From Thermoplasmatota archaeon (GTDB lineage Archaea; Thermoplasmatota; Thermoplasmata; UBA10834), in the NCBI GenBank assembly GCA_018818785.1, contig JAHIRF010000005.1, positions 139,790 through 203,789 on the forward strand: 64,000 nt of DNA, given 5' to 3'. This document shows, piece by piece, positions 19,041 through 28,914 of the stretch. The notes under the pieces were generated by a model. That model did no database searches, was not told where the DNA came from, and was given only the letters and a program-made list of their open reading frames with translations. The translations under genes and the position numbers were made by a program. How positions within the stretch are numbered: position 1 is the first letter of the stretch; each line of letters begins with the position of its first letter.

Positions 19041-19388
19041 ATGGCTTCGGAAGAGGATATCATCAGTTCGGTGCTGAAGGGCACGAAATCAATGCTGCAG
19101 TCGGAGACGCTCATCGTCGATGCTGTCCAGGAGCTCGTGAAGGACGAGATCAAGAGGCACATGAGGGCGAAACTCGACGCGGACCCTGCGTTGAGAGCGG
19201 AGCTGAAGAAAGCCATCGAGGAGATGCTCGAGGCGAAGCTCCACGAAGCATATGCTCTGCTGAAGATCGGCAAGTGCGGTGCTAAACTCGGCATCTCCAT
19301 GGTGCCTCCAGAGATGCGGAAGGAGATAGGGCACGAGCTGGCATCGATTTTTGAGAAGGAAATGTCGAAGATGCTCGAACAGGAATGA
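19041..19388 (+). CDS. hypothetical all-helical acidic/basic protein
   Basis: Coding-like helical sequence. ATG 19041 preferred; an alternative ATG at 19008 overlaps the TATA-like element. Confidence 0.4.
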   Translation: MASEEDIISSVLKGTKSMLQSETLIVDAVQELVKDEIKRHMRAKLDADPALRAELKKAIEEMLEAKLHEAYALLKIGKCGAKLGISMVPPEMRKEIGHELASIFEKEMSKMLEQE

Positions 19389-19504
19389 GCTCGTAGGACG
19401 TGCGCACAGCTGCAACTCTGCCCGATATAGGATGACGACCCATCCAAAACAGATGGATTAAGGGGTTCAAAGAAGAGGTTTGAAAGAACAGTAGAAAGGT
19501 GGTT

Positions 19505-19810
19505 TCAGCCGAAGAGCGCGCTGAGACCAGCTGCTGCCTCTTCCTCAGAGACTCCCTTTTCCTCTTTCTCTTCTTTCTTATCTTCCTTCTTCTCCGCGGA
19601 TCCCGCAGCTGGCGCCGCAGCGGCCACAGGTGCAGCGACTGCAGTTGCGATCGCTTCGTCTATGTCGACACCATCGAGGGCCGCGGTCAAAGCCTTGACG
19701 CGTGTCGCGTCTGGCGTGACACCGGCGGCCTTCAGGACGCTCGTTATGCTCTCTTCGGTCACCGGCTTCTTCGCCGCGTGCAGGACCATCGCGCTGTACA
19801 CATACTCCAT
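19505..19810 (-). CDS. rpl12: 50S ribosomal stalk protein L12/P1
   Basis: N-terminal dimerisation helix, Ala/Pro hinge, acidic tail ending [12 protein letters not shown]. Confidence 0.85.
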   Translation of the reverse strand: MEYVYSAMVLHAAKKPVTEESITSVLKAAGVTPDATRVKALTAALDGVDIDEAIATAVAAPVAAAAPAAGSAEKKEDKKEEKEEKGVSEEEAAAGLSALFG

Positions 19811-19831
19811 TCTTCTGCCTCCTTACATCGA

Positions 19832-20842
19832 TTATCCGAATAGTGCCCCGAGGCCGGCCGCAGCCTCATCCTCAGAGACCTTCTCTTCCTTCTTGTCCTC
19901 TTTCTTCTCTTCCTTCTTGCCACCATCGGACTTCGGCTCTGATGGCTTGGGGACTGCGCTCAGAATGCCCTTGAGTTCGTCGTCCAGCCCCTCAGTGGAG
20001 ACCTTGGACGCGAGGGACAACATCTGGGCGTTCGCCTTCGACAACATTAGCTTGATAGTCTCCTCGTTCGCGATGCTCGCGTTGACCGCGAGGTTCAACG
20101 CGTTCATGTGTGCCTTCGAAAGCATCGGCCTGATAGACACAGTAGTCGGGAAGGATACGAAGACCGCCAGGTTGAGGGCGCCGGCCGCAGCCTGCAGCAC
20201 ATTTGAAAGGTATGCATCATAATCAATCGCGAGGACATCCTTGCCGTATACGGTGCCATTCTCGTAGGCCGCGTGAAGACTGAGACCAACAGTCATGGGG
20301 TATATCTCGAGCTTCGAGAGGACGAGCGCGACATCCCTGGATATCGTCTCGCCCTTCTTCACCAGCACCTTGTCCTTCTTGATGACCACTTTCCCACGCT
20401 CGATCGCCGCAGGAAGTCCCGCCTTCTGCAGGTCTCCCACGATCGGACCGGGTTTGAATGGCGTGTCGCCAGCCTTGATCTCGATGTCCTCGGGGGATAT
20501 CTCTCCTCCCTTCGCTGGCATCTTGGTCTTGGTGGCGTCCAACTGCCTGAACAATTTGAATGGGTTGAGCGAAGATATGACCACCGCACACTGACCGTCG
20601 ACCACGTCGGTGAGCGTCTCGACCCCCTTGATCTGTTTCCCCACATCCTGCAGGGCGAGCTTCATCAGGGAGTTCTTTAGCATCATTATCTCAGCTGAGT
20701 CACGCAGGTTCGCCCTGATCGTCTGGAACGCAGGCGCAGGGACTCCGTGGATATCGACTACACCGATGACCTTCCCCTTGGCTATCCTTGAGGATAGTTC
20801 GGCGACGGCCTGCTTCTTCTGCCCTGCAACGTGCGCCGTCAT
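19832..20842 (-). CDS. rpl10: 50S ribosomal protein L10/P0
   Basis: P0 architecture with a C-terminal tail ...EDEAAAGLGALFG matching the L12 tail. Confidence 0.85.
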   Translation of the reverse strand: MTAHVAGQKKQAVAELSSRIAKGKVIGVVDIHGVPAPAFQTIRANLRDSAEIMMLKNSLMKLALQDVGKQIKGVETLTDVVDGQCAVVISSLNPFKLFRQLDATKTKMPAKGGEISPEDIEIKAGDTPFKPGPIVGDLQKAGLPAAIERGKVVIKKDKVLVKKGETISRDVALVLSKLEIYPMTVGLSLHAAYENGTVYGKDVLAIDYDAYLSNVLQAAAGALNLAVFVSFPTTVSIRPMLSKAHMNALNLAVNASIANEETIKLMLSKANAQMLSLASKVSTEGLDDELKGILSAVPKPSEPKSDGGKKEEKKEDKKEEKVSEDEAAAGLGALFG

Positions 20843-20843
20843 C

Positions 20844-21482
20844 TCATATCACCTTGAATGATGGGCCCATGGTTGTCTTGACATAGGCCGACCGGATGTT
20901 CATCTTACCCCTCTCCAGCTTGGATGTCAGCCTCTTGATTACCGCATCGAGGTTCTCGGCTAGCTGCTCGGGAGTCATCTCCTTCGTCCCGATCGGCAGA
21001 TGGAAGGTCTTCTTGTCCTTCGTCCTGACGGTGACGCTCACCTTCAACTTCTCGATGATCGATTTCGGGTCCGAGCCTGGCGGGATCGGCTTCGGCATCT
21101 TGCCCCTGGGGGCGAGGATTACGCCCAGCCTCTTACCGATCGTGGGCATCAGAGGCGCTTCAGCGACGAAGAAATCGTTCGTCCTGGCGAACTTCTTCGC
21201 CTTGGTCTTGTCCTTGGCTATCTCTTCGATCTCCTCAGGTTGTACGATGGCATCGGCAATCCCTTTTGCCTTCACGGCCATCTCAGAACCGCCGAAGACG
21301 CCGACCTTGATCTCTCTCCCACGTCCGTGTGGGAGCATGATCTCCTCTTGGATCCTGTTCTTCGGGTTGCTGAGGTCAATGTCCTTGAGGTTGACCGCGA
21401 GTTCGACCGATTCTATAAAATTTCTTTTCTTGGACTCGGCCTGGAGCTTCTTCATGATTTCAATCAGATGTTGGTCTACCAC
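20844..21482 (-). CDS. rpl1: 50S ribosomal protein L1
   Basis: uL1 signature through the whole length. The stop is adjacent to the rpl10 start. Confidence 0.9.
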   Translation of the reverse strand: MVDQHLIEIMKKLQAESKKRNFIESVELAVNLKDIDLSNPKNRIQEEIMLPHGRGREIKVGVFGGSEMAVKAKGIADAIVQPEEIEEIAKDKTKAKKFARTNDFFVAEAPLMPTIGKRLGVILAPRGKMPKPIPPGSDPKSIIEKLKVSVTVRTKDKKTFHLPIGTKEMTPEQLAENLDAVIKRLTSKLERGKMNIRSAYVKTTMGPSFKVI

Positions 21483-21637
21483 TGTGAACCCTCCGCTGTA
21501 GTCCCTGCGAGCACGAAAGCTCTCCTACATGCCTAGGGAAATGAGCGAATGACGAATTGGTTTATAAGTCTTTCGCGTCTCCAATGCCGTCATCTGGTGA
21601 CTGGCTAGGAGCTGCCTGCGCCCCTCATGGCACCATC

Positions 21638-21653
21638 AGGCAAATGATTTAAC
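21638..21653 (+). promoter_or_regulatory. promoter-like motif CAGGCAAATGATTTAA (second copy)
   Basis: 33 nt upstream of the GTG start of the oxidoreductase gene at 21686. Confidence 0.35.
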
Positions 21654-21685
21654 GCTGCCGGGGCAATGCATGACATGCCTCAGGG

Positions 21686-23098
21686 GTGAGCAGGTTGGTT
21701 CGGAGGATAGTGATAGTCGGCGCTGGTTGCGGTGGAGGTACGGCCGCCCAGTTCGCTAGGAAAACGGACCGTGTAGCCGAGATTACAATGATAGAGCGAG
21801 AGAACTACCCTCAGTATTCTCGCTGCGGCTTGCCCTATGGCATATCCGGGGTCATACCCGAACTGACCAACCTGATCGAGGCACCCGAGGAACGATTGAA
21901 GAAGAACAGGATCGGTGTCATGCTCGGCACCGAGGTCACATCCGTGGATCCGGGGTCCAAGGTGGTCCACGCCAGGAAGGCAGACGGTGCAGAGGTCGAG
22001 CTTCCTTATGACAGCCTGGTCCTGGCGACAGGCGCGATGGCTTGGGTGCCCAACATCAAGGGTGCGTTCAAGGACGGCAGCAAGGAGTTGAAGCAAGGTG
22101 TATTCGTGCTTCGGACGATCGAGGATGCCAGAGGGATACAATCCCTGGCGTCCAAGGGCAAGCGCGCAGTGGTCGTTGGCGCTGGCCTGGTCGGTTTGGA
22201 GGTGGCAGAGGCCCTCATGGTGCGTGGATGCAAGGTGACCATAATCGAGTACCTCTCAAACTGCATACTCGCGATGGTCGATGATGACATGGCCCAGATG
22301 ATGGCCGATGCTATCAGGGGACATGATGTGAAGATGTTCAACGAGTACGAGGTCACCGAGATACTGGGCGATGACCGCGCGAACTGCGTCGTCGCAGTTG
22401 ACCGCAAGACCAAAGAGGAGCGGACCTTCTACGCCGATTTGATCGTCATAGCTACCGGCCAGAGGGGAGAGACGATGCTGGCCAAGCAGGTCGGGTGCGA
22501 TGTCGGGAACACCAAGCAGATCGTTGTGGATGACAGGTGCGAGACATGCATGAAAGACGTCTTCTCCGTGGGCGACTGCACAGAGTATCCTGATCTGATA
22601 ACGGGGACGCCGACCGTGAGCGGGCTGGGCACGATAGCCGTCAAGATGGCCATGGTGGCTGGCATCAATGCCGCGGGAGGGGACGAGAGGTTGCCGAAAG
22701 GTTTCCTGCAGACGAGGGCCACGGAGCCTTTCGGATGTCAGGTGGCTGCAGTAGGGCCCACCTCCGCGCAGCTGGAACAGCACGGTATCAAGCCAATCAT
22801 CGGGAAGGTTCGAGGGTTCACGCTGCCGGATTACTTCCCAGGCAGGAAGGAGATCTATGTGAAGGTCCTCGCACACCCGGACGATGGAAAGATACTCGGC
22901 GCTCAGATCGTCGGTGAGGATAGGGTCCACATGCGGGTGAACGCGTATGCGGTCGCGCTACAGGCGGGCATGACGGTGCACGAGTTCGCGCAGCTGGAGA
23001 CCGCCTATTGTCCTCCGGCGGCACCTACCATGGATGTGATCACGATCGCATGCGAGGCGGTCAGGCTGAAGCTCGCCAGAGGCGCAGCTAAGAATTGA
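21686..23098 (+). CDS. FAD-dependent pyridine-nucleotide disulfide oxidoreductase (CoA-disulfide reductase / NADH oxidase family)
   Basis: GAGCGG dinucleotide-binding motif. Single active-site Cys in YSRCGLPY. Second NAD(P) motif VVVGAGLVGLE. GTG start. Confidence 0.75.
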   Translation: MSRLVRRIVIVGAGCGGGTAAQFARKTDRVAEITMIERENYPQYSRCGLPYGISGVIPELTNLIEAPEERLKKNRIGVMLGTEVTSVDPGSKVVHARKADGAEVELPYDSLVLATGAMAWVPNIKGAFKDGSKELKQGVFVLRTIEDARGIQSLASKGKRAVVVGAGLVGLEVAEALMVRGCKVTIIEYLSNCILAMVDDDMAQMMADAIRGHDVKMFNEYEVTEILGDDRANCVVAVDRKTKEERTFYADLIVIATGQRGETMLAKQVGCDVGNTKQIVVDDRCETCMKDVFSVGDCTEYPDLITGTPTVSGLGTIAVKMAMVAGINAAGGDERLPKGFLQTRATEPFGCQVAAVGPTSAQLEQHGIKPIIGKVRGFTLPDYFPGRKEIYVKVLAHPDDGKILGAQIVGEDRVHMRVNAYAVALQAGMTVHEFAQLETAYCPPAAPTMDVITIACEAVRLKLARGAAKN

Positions 23099-23123
23099 CA
23101 GTCTCCGCACGAGTCAGGTCGTA

Positions 23124-23606
23124 TTAGAAAACGCCCGCGTAGCCGCCCGCGTCCATTTCCTTGATGACGTCCTTGGGCTCCTTACCATCCACGGTCACAC
23201 CCATGGATGTACAGGTCCCGACGACCTCTCTGAACCTGGACCTCTTATCCTTGCCCAGCATCGAGTCCTTCTTCATCTCTGCGATCTTCAGAGCCTGCTG
23301 GATGCTCAGGTTCCCGACCTTGGTCGACTTGGGGCTACCGCTCCCCTTCTCGATCTTGATCTCCTTCAAGATCAGCGCAGTCGTGGGCGGCGTACCAACC
23401 TTGATCTCAAACCCCTTCGTCTTGGGATCTACGGTGAGTGTGATTGGCACCTTCATGCCTGCGAAAGCCTTCGTCTTCTCGTTTATTGCGTTTACTACCT
23501 GTATCACGTTGACTCCCATTGGACCGAGTGCCGGACCAAGTGGTGGTCCAGGTGTTGCCTTTCCCCCGTCCACTAGGACTTCGAGTTTCTCTACCATTGA
23601 GCTCAC
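23124..23606 (-). CDS. rpl11: 50S ribosomal protein L11
   Basis: uL11 signature (GKATPGPPLGPALGPMGVN). Confidence 0.9.
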   Translation of the reverse strand: MSSMVEKLEVLVDGGKATPGPPLGPALGPMGVNVIQVVNAINEKTKAFAGMKVPITLTVDPKTKGFEIKVGTPPTTALILKEIKIEKGSGSPKSTKVGNLSIQQALKIAEMKKDSMLGKDKRSRFREVVGTCTSMGVTVDGKEPKDVIKEMDAGGYAGVF

Positions 23607-24520
23607 TTCTCCTTTTCAAGAACTCGGACGTGGTCTCCCCGTATAGTCACCGGGATCGGGACCATCGCCTCGAATAGTTCGACAGTTATCTCTTCCTTGT
23701 TCTGATCGATCTGCTGGACCCTGGCCTTCTCACCCTTGAACGGTCCAGCTATGAGTTCGACTATGTCTCCTTCGACTATGCCGGCCACTATGGGCTTCGG
23801 CGTCAGGAAGTGCTCGATCTCGGCGAAGGTGGTCTCTCCCTTGACCATGCCCCTCGTGCGCCTGACACCCTTCACCACTTCCCTGAGACCGTCCGTGTTC
23901 ATCGCCTCGACGAAGACGTAGCCTCGGATCGTCGCCGGTGATAGGATTGCGAACACTCCCATCGGCTTCGGCTTCGCCCTGCTGGCGATGGAGTCCGCGA
24001 CCGTCTTCTCGTGACCTATTGATGTCTTGACCGCCAGGATAGATTGTCTGGCAGTGGCCTGTATGGTGACGACATCGCTGATGCCGGGATCATCCTTGAT
24101 CGCCGCGCTGATCAGCACGGTCACCTTGTCTCCGAACCTAGCACCAGAAGGCGAGTTGATCTTCAAGGTGAGGTTCTTCTCCTCACCAGGCATGATGTCG
24201 AATGAGGCCTCGTTGGTATGGTCGGCTGATGGCGTGTTCTCCCAGACAACCCCGACCGCGTCGTAGAGCTTGACGAACCATTCAGGTGAGCCCTCCTCGG
24301 TCGCGGAGAATACGGTGTCGACCTTCAATGAGACCGAATGTGTCTGCCCATCGTCTAGGATCTTCAGGCTCATCTCGCACTCGGTCGAATCGCCAGACGG
24401 GACCGACCTGTTGGTCTCCCCTTGGATAACGAACTGCAAGCTCTTCGAGCCAGACGGTGCAGGGTGGTCCGCTTCCTTCTTCGGCTCCTGCTTCTTTGAA
24501 TTTACATCAAACAATCCCAA
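23603..24520 (-). CDS. spt5: transcription elongation factor Spt5 (NGN plus KOW) with an N-terminal extension of about 155 aa
   Basis: The C-terminal 150 aa are a typical archaeal Spt5 (ILAVKTSIGHEK...GDIVELIAGPFKGEKARV). An in-frame, beta-rich extension lies upstream with no stop. TTG at the ORF start; internal ATGs at codons 50 and 110. Confidence 0.7.
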   Translation of the reverse strand: MGLFDVNSKKQEPKKEADHPAPSGSKSLQFVIQGETNRSVPSGDSTECEMSLKILDDGQTHSVSLKVDTVFSATEEGSPEWFVKLYDAVGVVWENTPSADHTNEASFDIMPGEEKNLTLKINSPSGARFGDKVTVLISAAIKDDPGISDVVTIQATARQSILAVKTSIGHEKTVADSIASRAKPKPMGVFAILSPATIRGYVFVEAMNTDGLREVVKGVRRTRGMVKGETTFAEIEHFLTPKPIVAGIVEGDIVELIAGPFKGEKARVQQIDQNKEEITVELFEAMVPIPVTIRGDHVRVLEKEK

Positions 24521-24553
24521 AATAATCCCTCATATCTCCATAGTGCTGAAACC

Positions 24554-24793
24554 TCAGCTGAACGCCTTGATGATCATGTCGGAACCGTATTCGAAGATCC
24601 AATAGATCAGGAATCCAAGCCCTCCGATCAGAGCCAGCCCTATGGCTACGGTCTGAGTGACCTTGATGTACTCCTCGCCCGTCGGTTTGCGCGCCATCTT
24701 CAACACTCTGCCGTACTTGCCTTTCCCGACGTGCTTGGTCTTCTCCTCGATCTTCCTCTGAAGATTCCAGGATTTGTCAACTATGTCTGCCAT
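24554..24793 (-). CDS. secE: protein translocase subunit SecE/Sec61-gamma
   Basis: 79-aa protein with a single C-terminal transmembrane helix (VAIGLALIGGLGFLIYWIF). Conserved position upstream of spt5. Confidence 0.7.
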   Translation of the reverse strand: MADIVDKSWNLQRKIEEKTKHVGKGKYGRVLKMARKPTGEEYIKVTQTVAIGLALIGGLGFLIYWIFEYGSDMIIKAFS

Positions 24794-24815
24794 TTTGTTC
24801 CTGTCCTGTTAGTAC

Positions 24816-25919
24816 CTACTTGATGAAGTCCAGCCCCATCGCCTCGTTCTTCCTGTTCTTCTTGGGGCCCAGGATGTGCCTGGACTTCACTCCGGTTATG
24901 ACGACCATGACCCTAATCGTCCTCTCGAGGGTCTCGTCGACGGCCGCACCCCAGATGATCCTCGCGCCTGGGCTGATCTTCGACTGGATGACTTCGGCGA
25001 CCTGTTCGGCTTCGCTCACGGTCATGTCGGAACCTCCCGTGACGTTGACGAGCGCTGCGGTCGCTTCGGATATGTCCAGCTCTATCAACGGTGAGTTGAT
25101 GGCTTCGGTGACTGCCGCGACTGCCCTGTCGTCGTCGTCCGATTCGCCTAGCCCTATCATGGCGACTCCGCCAGCCTTCATGACTGTCTTGATATCGTTG
25201 AAATCCAGATTTACCAGTCCGGGCTTGGTGACAATCTCCGTGATGCCCTTTATGGATCTCATGAGGACCTCGTCCGCCACCTTGAACGCCGCGTTCAGGG
25301 ATAGCTTGGGGACGATCTCCAGGAGCTTATCGTTTGGTATCACGATGACAGTGTCCGCGACGCTCCTCAGCCGGTCCAGTCCCCATTCCGCGTTCTCGGC
25401 CCTTATCGAGCCTTCCGCCTGGAACGGGTATGTGCATATTGCGATCGTGAGCGCTCCGCACTCCTTCGCCACCTGAGCGACGAATGGTGCAGAACCTGTC
25501 CCGGTACCACCACCGAGACCGCATGTGACGAATACTATATCGGCTCCGACGACGGACTTCTTGATCTCTTCCTCCGCCTCCCTGGCAGCCTCCTCACCGA
25601 CCTGTGGCAAGGCGCCTGCCCCGAGCCCTCTAGTGACACGCCTTCCGAGAAGTATCTTGTGTGGCGCGCGCGTCATAAGGAGATGCTGTGCGTCTGTGTT
25701 CGCAGCGTACAGCTCGGCTCCGATGATGCCTGCCTCAGCAAGCCTGTTTATCGTGTTGGAGCCGCCTCCACCGCATCCGAAGATCCTAATGGTGGTCTTC
25801 AGACCTTGGAGTATCTTCTGCAGCTCCTCATCTTCCGCCGTGAAGGATTGGAAACCTTCCGGCCTCTTCATCTGCTCTTCTTCAATTGCTGTGAGGGCAC
25901 TGTCGACGAGGGACTTCAT
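24816..25919 (-). CDS. ftsZ: cell division GTPase FtsZ (copy 1)
   Basis: [15 protein letters not shown] and a T7 loop. Start set at ATG 25919 (MKSLVDS). Confidence 0.85.
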   Translation of the reverse strand: MKSLVDSALTAIEEEQMKRPEGFQSFTAEDEELQKILQGLKTTIRIFGCGGGGSNTINRLAEAGIIGAELYAANTDAQHLLMTRAPHKILLGRRVTRGLGAGALPQVGEEAAREAEEEIKKSVVGADIVFVTCGLGGGTGTGSAPFVAQVAKECGALTIAICTYPFQAEGSIRAENAEWGLDRLRSVADTVIVIPNDKLLEIVPKLSLNAAFKVADEVLMRSIKGITEIVTKPGLVNLDFNDIKTVMKAGGVAMIGLGESDDDDRAVAAVTEAINSPLIELDISEATAALVNVTGGSDMTVSEAEQVAEVIQSKISPGARIIWGAAVDETLERTIRVMVVITGVKSRHILGPKKNRKNEAMGLDFIK

Positions 25920-26046
25920 CTCGGGCCTCCGTGGCGTTGTACACGTATAGTGAACGTGACAAAGTGGCAACGGCGAGCCAAGCTCACCGGTTGATTGGAC
26001 CGTAGCTGATTAGGTATCTTAAACGTTTCGGAGATGCTTTGGAGCG

Positions 26047-27168
26047 TCAGCGGACCAGATCCACCTCGCCGATGCCCTTGTATCTCTTCTCCGCCTGCTT
26101 CCCTAGAATCTGCGACGACTTGACTCCAGTAGCCACTAACATGACCCGGATGGTCTTGTCCAAGGCAGGGTCGACAGCCGCTCCCCATATGATGCGAGCG
26201 TTCGGTCCCACCCTCGCCTGTATCTCCTCCGCGGCGCGCTGCGCCTCGGATATCGTCATATCCGTTCCACCTATGACATCGATGAGCACGCCATTAGCCT
26301 CGCTTATATCGACATCGAGGAGCGGTGAGTTGATCGCTTGTTCTATCGCTTCCATGATCCTATCGTCACCTGGGGCGTCCGATTCCCCTAGACCGATCAT
26401 GGCCACTCCTGCACCCTTCATTATGGTCTTGACATCGTTGAAGTCGAGGTTCACCAGACCTGGTCTGGTTATGACCTCGGTGAGTCCCTTTATGGACCTC
26501 ATCAGTACCTCATCCGCGACCTTGAACGCCGCGTTGAGCGAGAGTCTTGGGACGACCTCGAGTAACTTGTCGTTGGGGATGACTATGACGGTGTCAGCGG
26601 AATCCCTGAGCTTGTCCAGCCCCCATTCCGCGTTCTCCATTCTCATCTTGCCCTCTCCCTTGAACGGGAGCGTGGCGACAGCGATCGTGAGTGCGCCCAT
26701 CTCCTTGGCCATGCGCGCCACTACGGATGCCGCACCTGTTCCGGTGCCGCCACCGAGACCGCAGGTGATGAAGCAGATGTGTGTGTCCGCAAGGATCTTC
26801 TTGAGTTCATCCTCCGCCTCTCTGGCCGCCTCTTCGCCTATCTGTGGGAGTGCGCCTGCGCCCAGTCCTCTCGTGACTCTGCGGCCTAGGAGGATCTTGT
26901 GCGGTACCCTGAGGACGAGGAGGTGTTGAGCATCCGTGTTAGCTGCGTACAGCTCCGCGCCTACGATACCTTCATCATGTATCCTGGCAACGGTGTTGGT
27001 TCCACCTCCACCAACACCTATGATCTTGATGTTAGTTTTGAGGCTCCGCAATATCTGCTCGAGCTCTGCGTCCACCCTTTGATCCTGGTCCAGCATCCCT
27101 GCTTCGGTGATACCAGTCCCAGGGCCTGACTCTCTTGCGATTGCGTCTTCGACGAGTGATCTCATCAT
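26047..27168 (-). CDS. ftsZ: cell division GTPase FtsZ (copy 2, tandem paralog)
   Basis: Same signatures as copy 1. Visually about 70-75% identical to it over the GTPase core. Confidence 0.85.
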   Translation of the reverse strand: MMRSLVEDAIARESGPGTGITEAGMLDQDQRVDAELEQILRSLKTNIKIIGVGGGGTNTVARIHDEGIVGAELYAANTDAQHLLVLRVPHKILLGRRVTRGLGAGALPQIGEEAAREAEDELKKILADTHICFITCGLGGGTGTGAASVVARMAKEMGALTIAVATLPFKGEGKMRMENAEWGLDKLRDSADTVIVIPNDKLLEVVPRLSLNAAFKVADEVLMRSIKGLTEVITRPGLVNLDFNDVKTIMKGAGVAMIGLGESDAPGDDRIMEAIEQAINSPLLDVDISEANGVLIDVIGGTDMTISEAQRAAEEIQARVGPNARIIWGAAVDPALDKTIRVMLVATGVKSSQILGKQAEKRYKGIGEVDLVR

Positions 27169-27372
27169 GTTTGTTCACCCCTATCAGAGGCGATAGCGCA
27201 TATCTCGCTACGCCACTGGCTAGTGCATCCCACGCGCGCGTCGCGTATACGATAAAATCGCAATGTGAGTATAAAAAATGTTCGCACACTGACAGAATCG
27301 CGGGATCGCCCCTCCTCTCTCATCATCCAATCACGCGCAATCTTTTTCCCGGGATACATAGATTCCATCAGA

Positions 27373-27648
27373 GTGGAGATACGCGCACACGTCATCTTCG
27401 AAGGGCTCGTGCAGGGAGTGTTCTTCAGAGCGAACGCTCAGAGATTCGCGCAAAACCATGGATTGACTGGTTGGGTCAGGAACATGCCCGATGGACGTGT
27501 GGAGGCCGTGTTCGAGGGCGATGAGGGATCGGTCGATGCTGCGATAGAGTGGTGCTCTAACAAGCAGCCGCATGCGCGGGTCGATCGGAGCACGGTCGAT
27601 AGATCAGAAGCGACCGATGAGTATGATGATTTCTCGATCGCGCATTGA
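27373..27648 (+). CDS. acyP: acylphosphatase
   Basis: VxGxVQGVFFR motif and about 90-aa fold. GTG 27373 preferred. The ATG at 27265 would include a TATA-like gtataaaaaatg inside the ORF. Confidence 0.65.
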   Translation: MEIRAHVIFEGLVQGVFFRANAQRFAQNHGLTGWVRNMPDGRVEAVFEGDEGSVDAAIEWCSNKQPHARVDRSTVDRSEATDEYDDFSIAH

Positions 27649-27654
27649 ACCAGG

Positions 27655-28842
27655 TCACTTCACGATGATTATCGATGCTAGCGCAACCGCGGCGACAGTC
27701 ATGCAGATGGATGGGTCGGCCCCGACCACGAGCACTGCGATCAGGATCGCTATCCCGACACACTTTCCCGCGCTCAGGTAGAATTCCCTGAGGAGCACAC
27801 CCTTCTTCTTGAAACGCTCCAGCTTGTCGACCAGCATAGTGAATAGGAACGATGGTATCATTGCGATCCAGAAGTACGCCAGACTCATGGCGGACAGGTA
27901 CTCTCCTGGTCCGTTCGAATAAGCTGCGTACAAGGTGCTGATGGCCCCGAAGGCCGCTCCTATCCTGACTATCGAGACCCTGTCCTTCAGACGGTCCGAC
28001 AGATAGCCTAACGCCACGGTGGTCACCGCTCCCCAGAATGCGAACAGCGCGAGATAGCCGCTGAGAGTCACCTCGGATTTCGCGAACTCGAAGCTTATCA
28101 GGGGCACCAGCACCCAGAATATCCCGTCCTGTATCCCCTCGGCGAATAGGGATGATTTGAGTCTCCAGCTCACACCTTTCATGTCCAAGTCCACGTGCAG
28201 TTTCCCCACCAGGTTGACCTTCATCGACTGGAGCAGTTCAGGTATGATGATCCGTTCCCTCAGCTCTTTGAATACGCCGAAGCCGGAGACGTAGACCAAG
28301 TTGCATGTTACGATGATGGCAGCAATAGCGAAGAGGACCTGGTAGGAGCCGATTCCTATGATGAGTCCGCCCGCGAGCGGAGCCGTGGTCGACACCAGCG
28401 GGAATATGAGGAAATATGCGCCCACTCCCGCACCCCTCTTCTTCCTCGATGTTATGTGCATTATGAGCGCGTTGTACGGCACCCAGAACGTGGCCATATA
28501 TGTCCCGAAGAATATCGGAGGTATCAGTATCAGGTACCATCCCTTCAGGAACATGAGCAGGATGTAGTATGCGACGAGACAAACGAGCGCGGTCTCGATG
28601 GATGCAGGAAAACTGCGCATGATCGGTCTGGCCGCGAACGCTATCAAAGCGGTCGTCATGACCACGCTGACGAGGATGAATAGGGCGCATTGCTGATAGT
28701 CCGCCCCGCCTTTGTAGAGATAGATCAGAGCGAAGGCATTCGCCATCGTGTTGGATATGGCGACGAGTGTCTGCAGGATGATGAGCGAACCATGCCTATG
28801 AGACATCTCCAGAATGTAGTGTTTGAATTGAGAGCCCTGCAT
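27655..28842 (-). CDS. MFS-type transporter
   Basis: About 12 predicted transmembrane helices with a 6+6 organisation. Confidence 0.65.
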   Translation of the reverse strand: MQGSQFKHYILEMSHRHGSLIILQTLVAISNTMANAFALIYLYKGGADYQQCALFILVSVVMTTALIAFAARPIMRSFPASIETALVCLVAYYILLMFLKGWYLILIPPIFFGTYMATFWVPYNALIMHITSRKKRGAGVGAYFLIFPLVSTTAPLAGGLIIGIGSYQVLFAIAAIIVTCNLVYVSGFGVFKELRERIIIPELLQSMKVNLVGKLHVDLDMKGVSWRLKSSLFAEGIQDGIFWVLVPLISFEFAKSEVTLSGYLALFAFWGAVTTVALGYLSDRLKDRVSIVRIGAAFGAISTLYAAYSNGPGEYLSAMSLAYFWIAMIPSFLFTMLVDKLERFKKKGVLLREFYLSAGKCVGIAILIAVLVVGADPSICMTVAAVALASIIIVK

Positions 28843-28914
28843 GATATCCTTTCCGTCATCTGCCCTTCGGTATTTGTCGCATACACAAATCAGTCTTTCT
28901 ATTGCAACCCCGCA

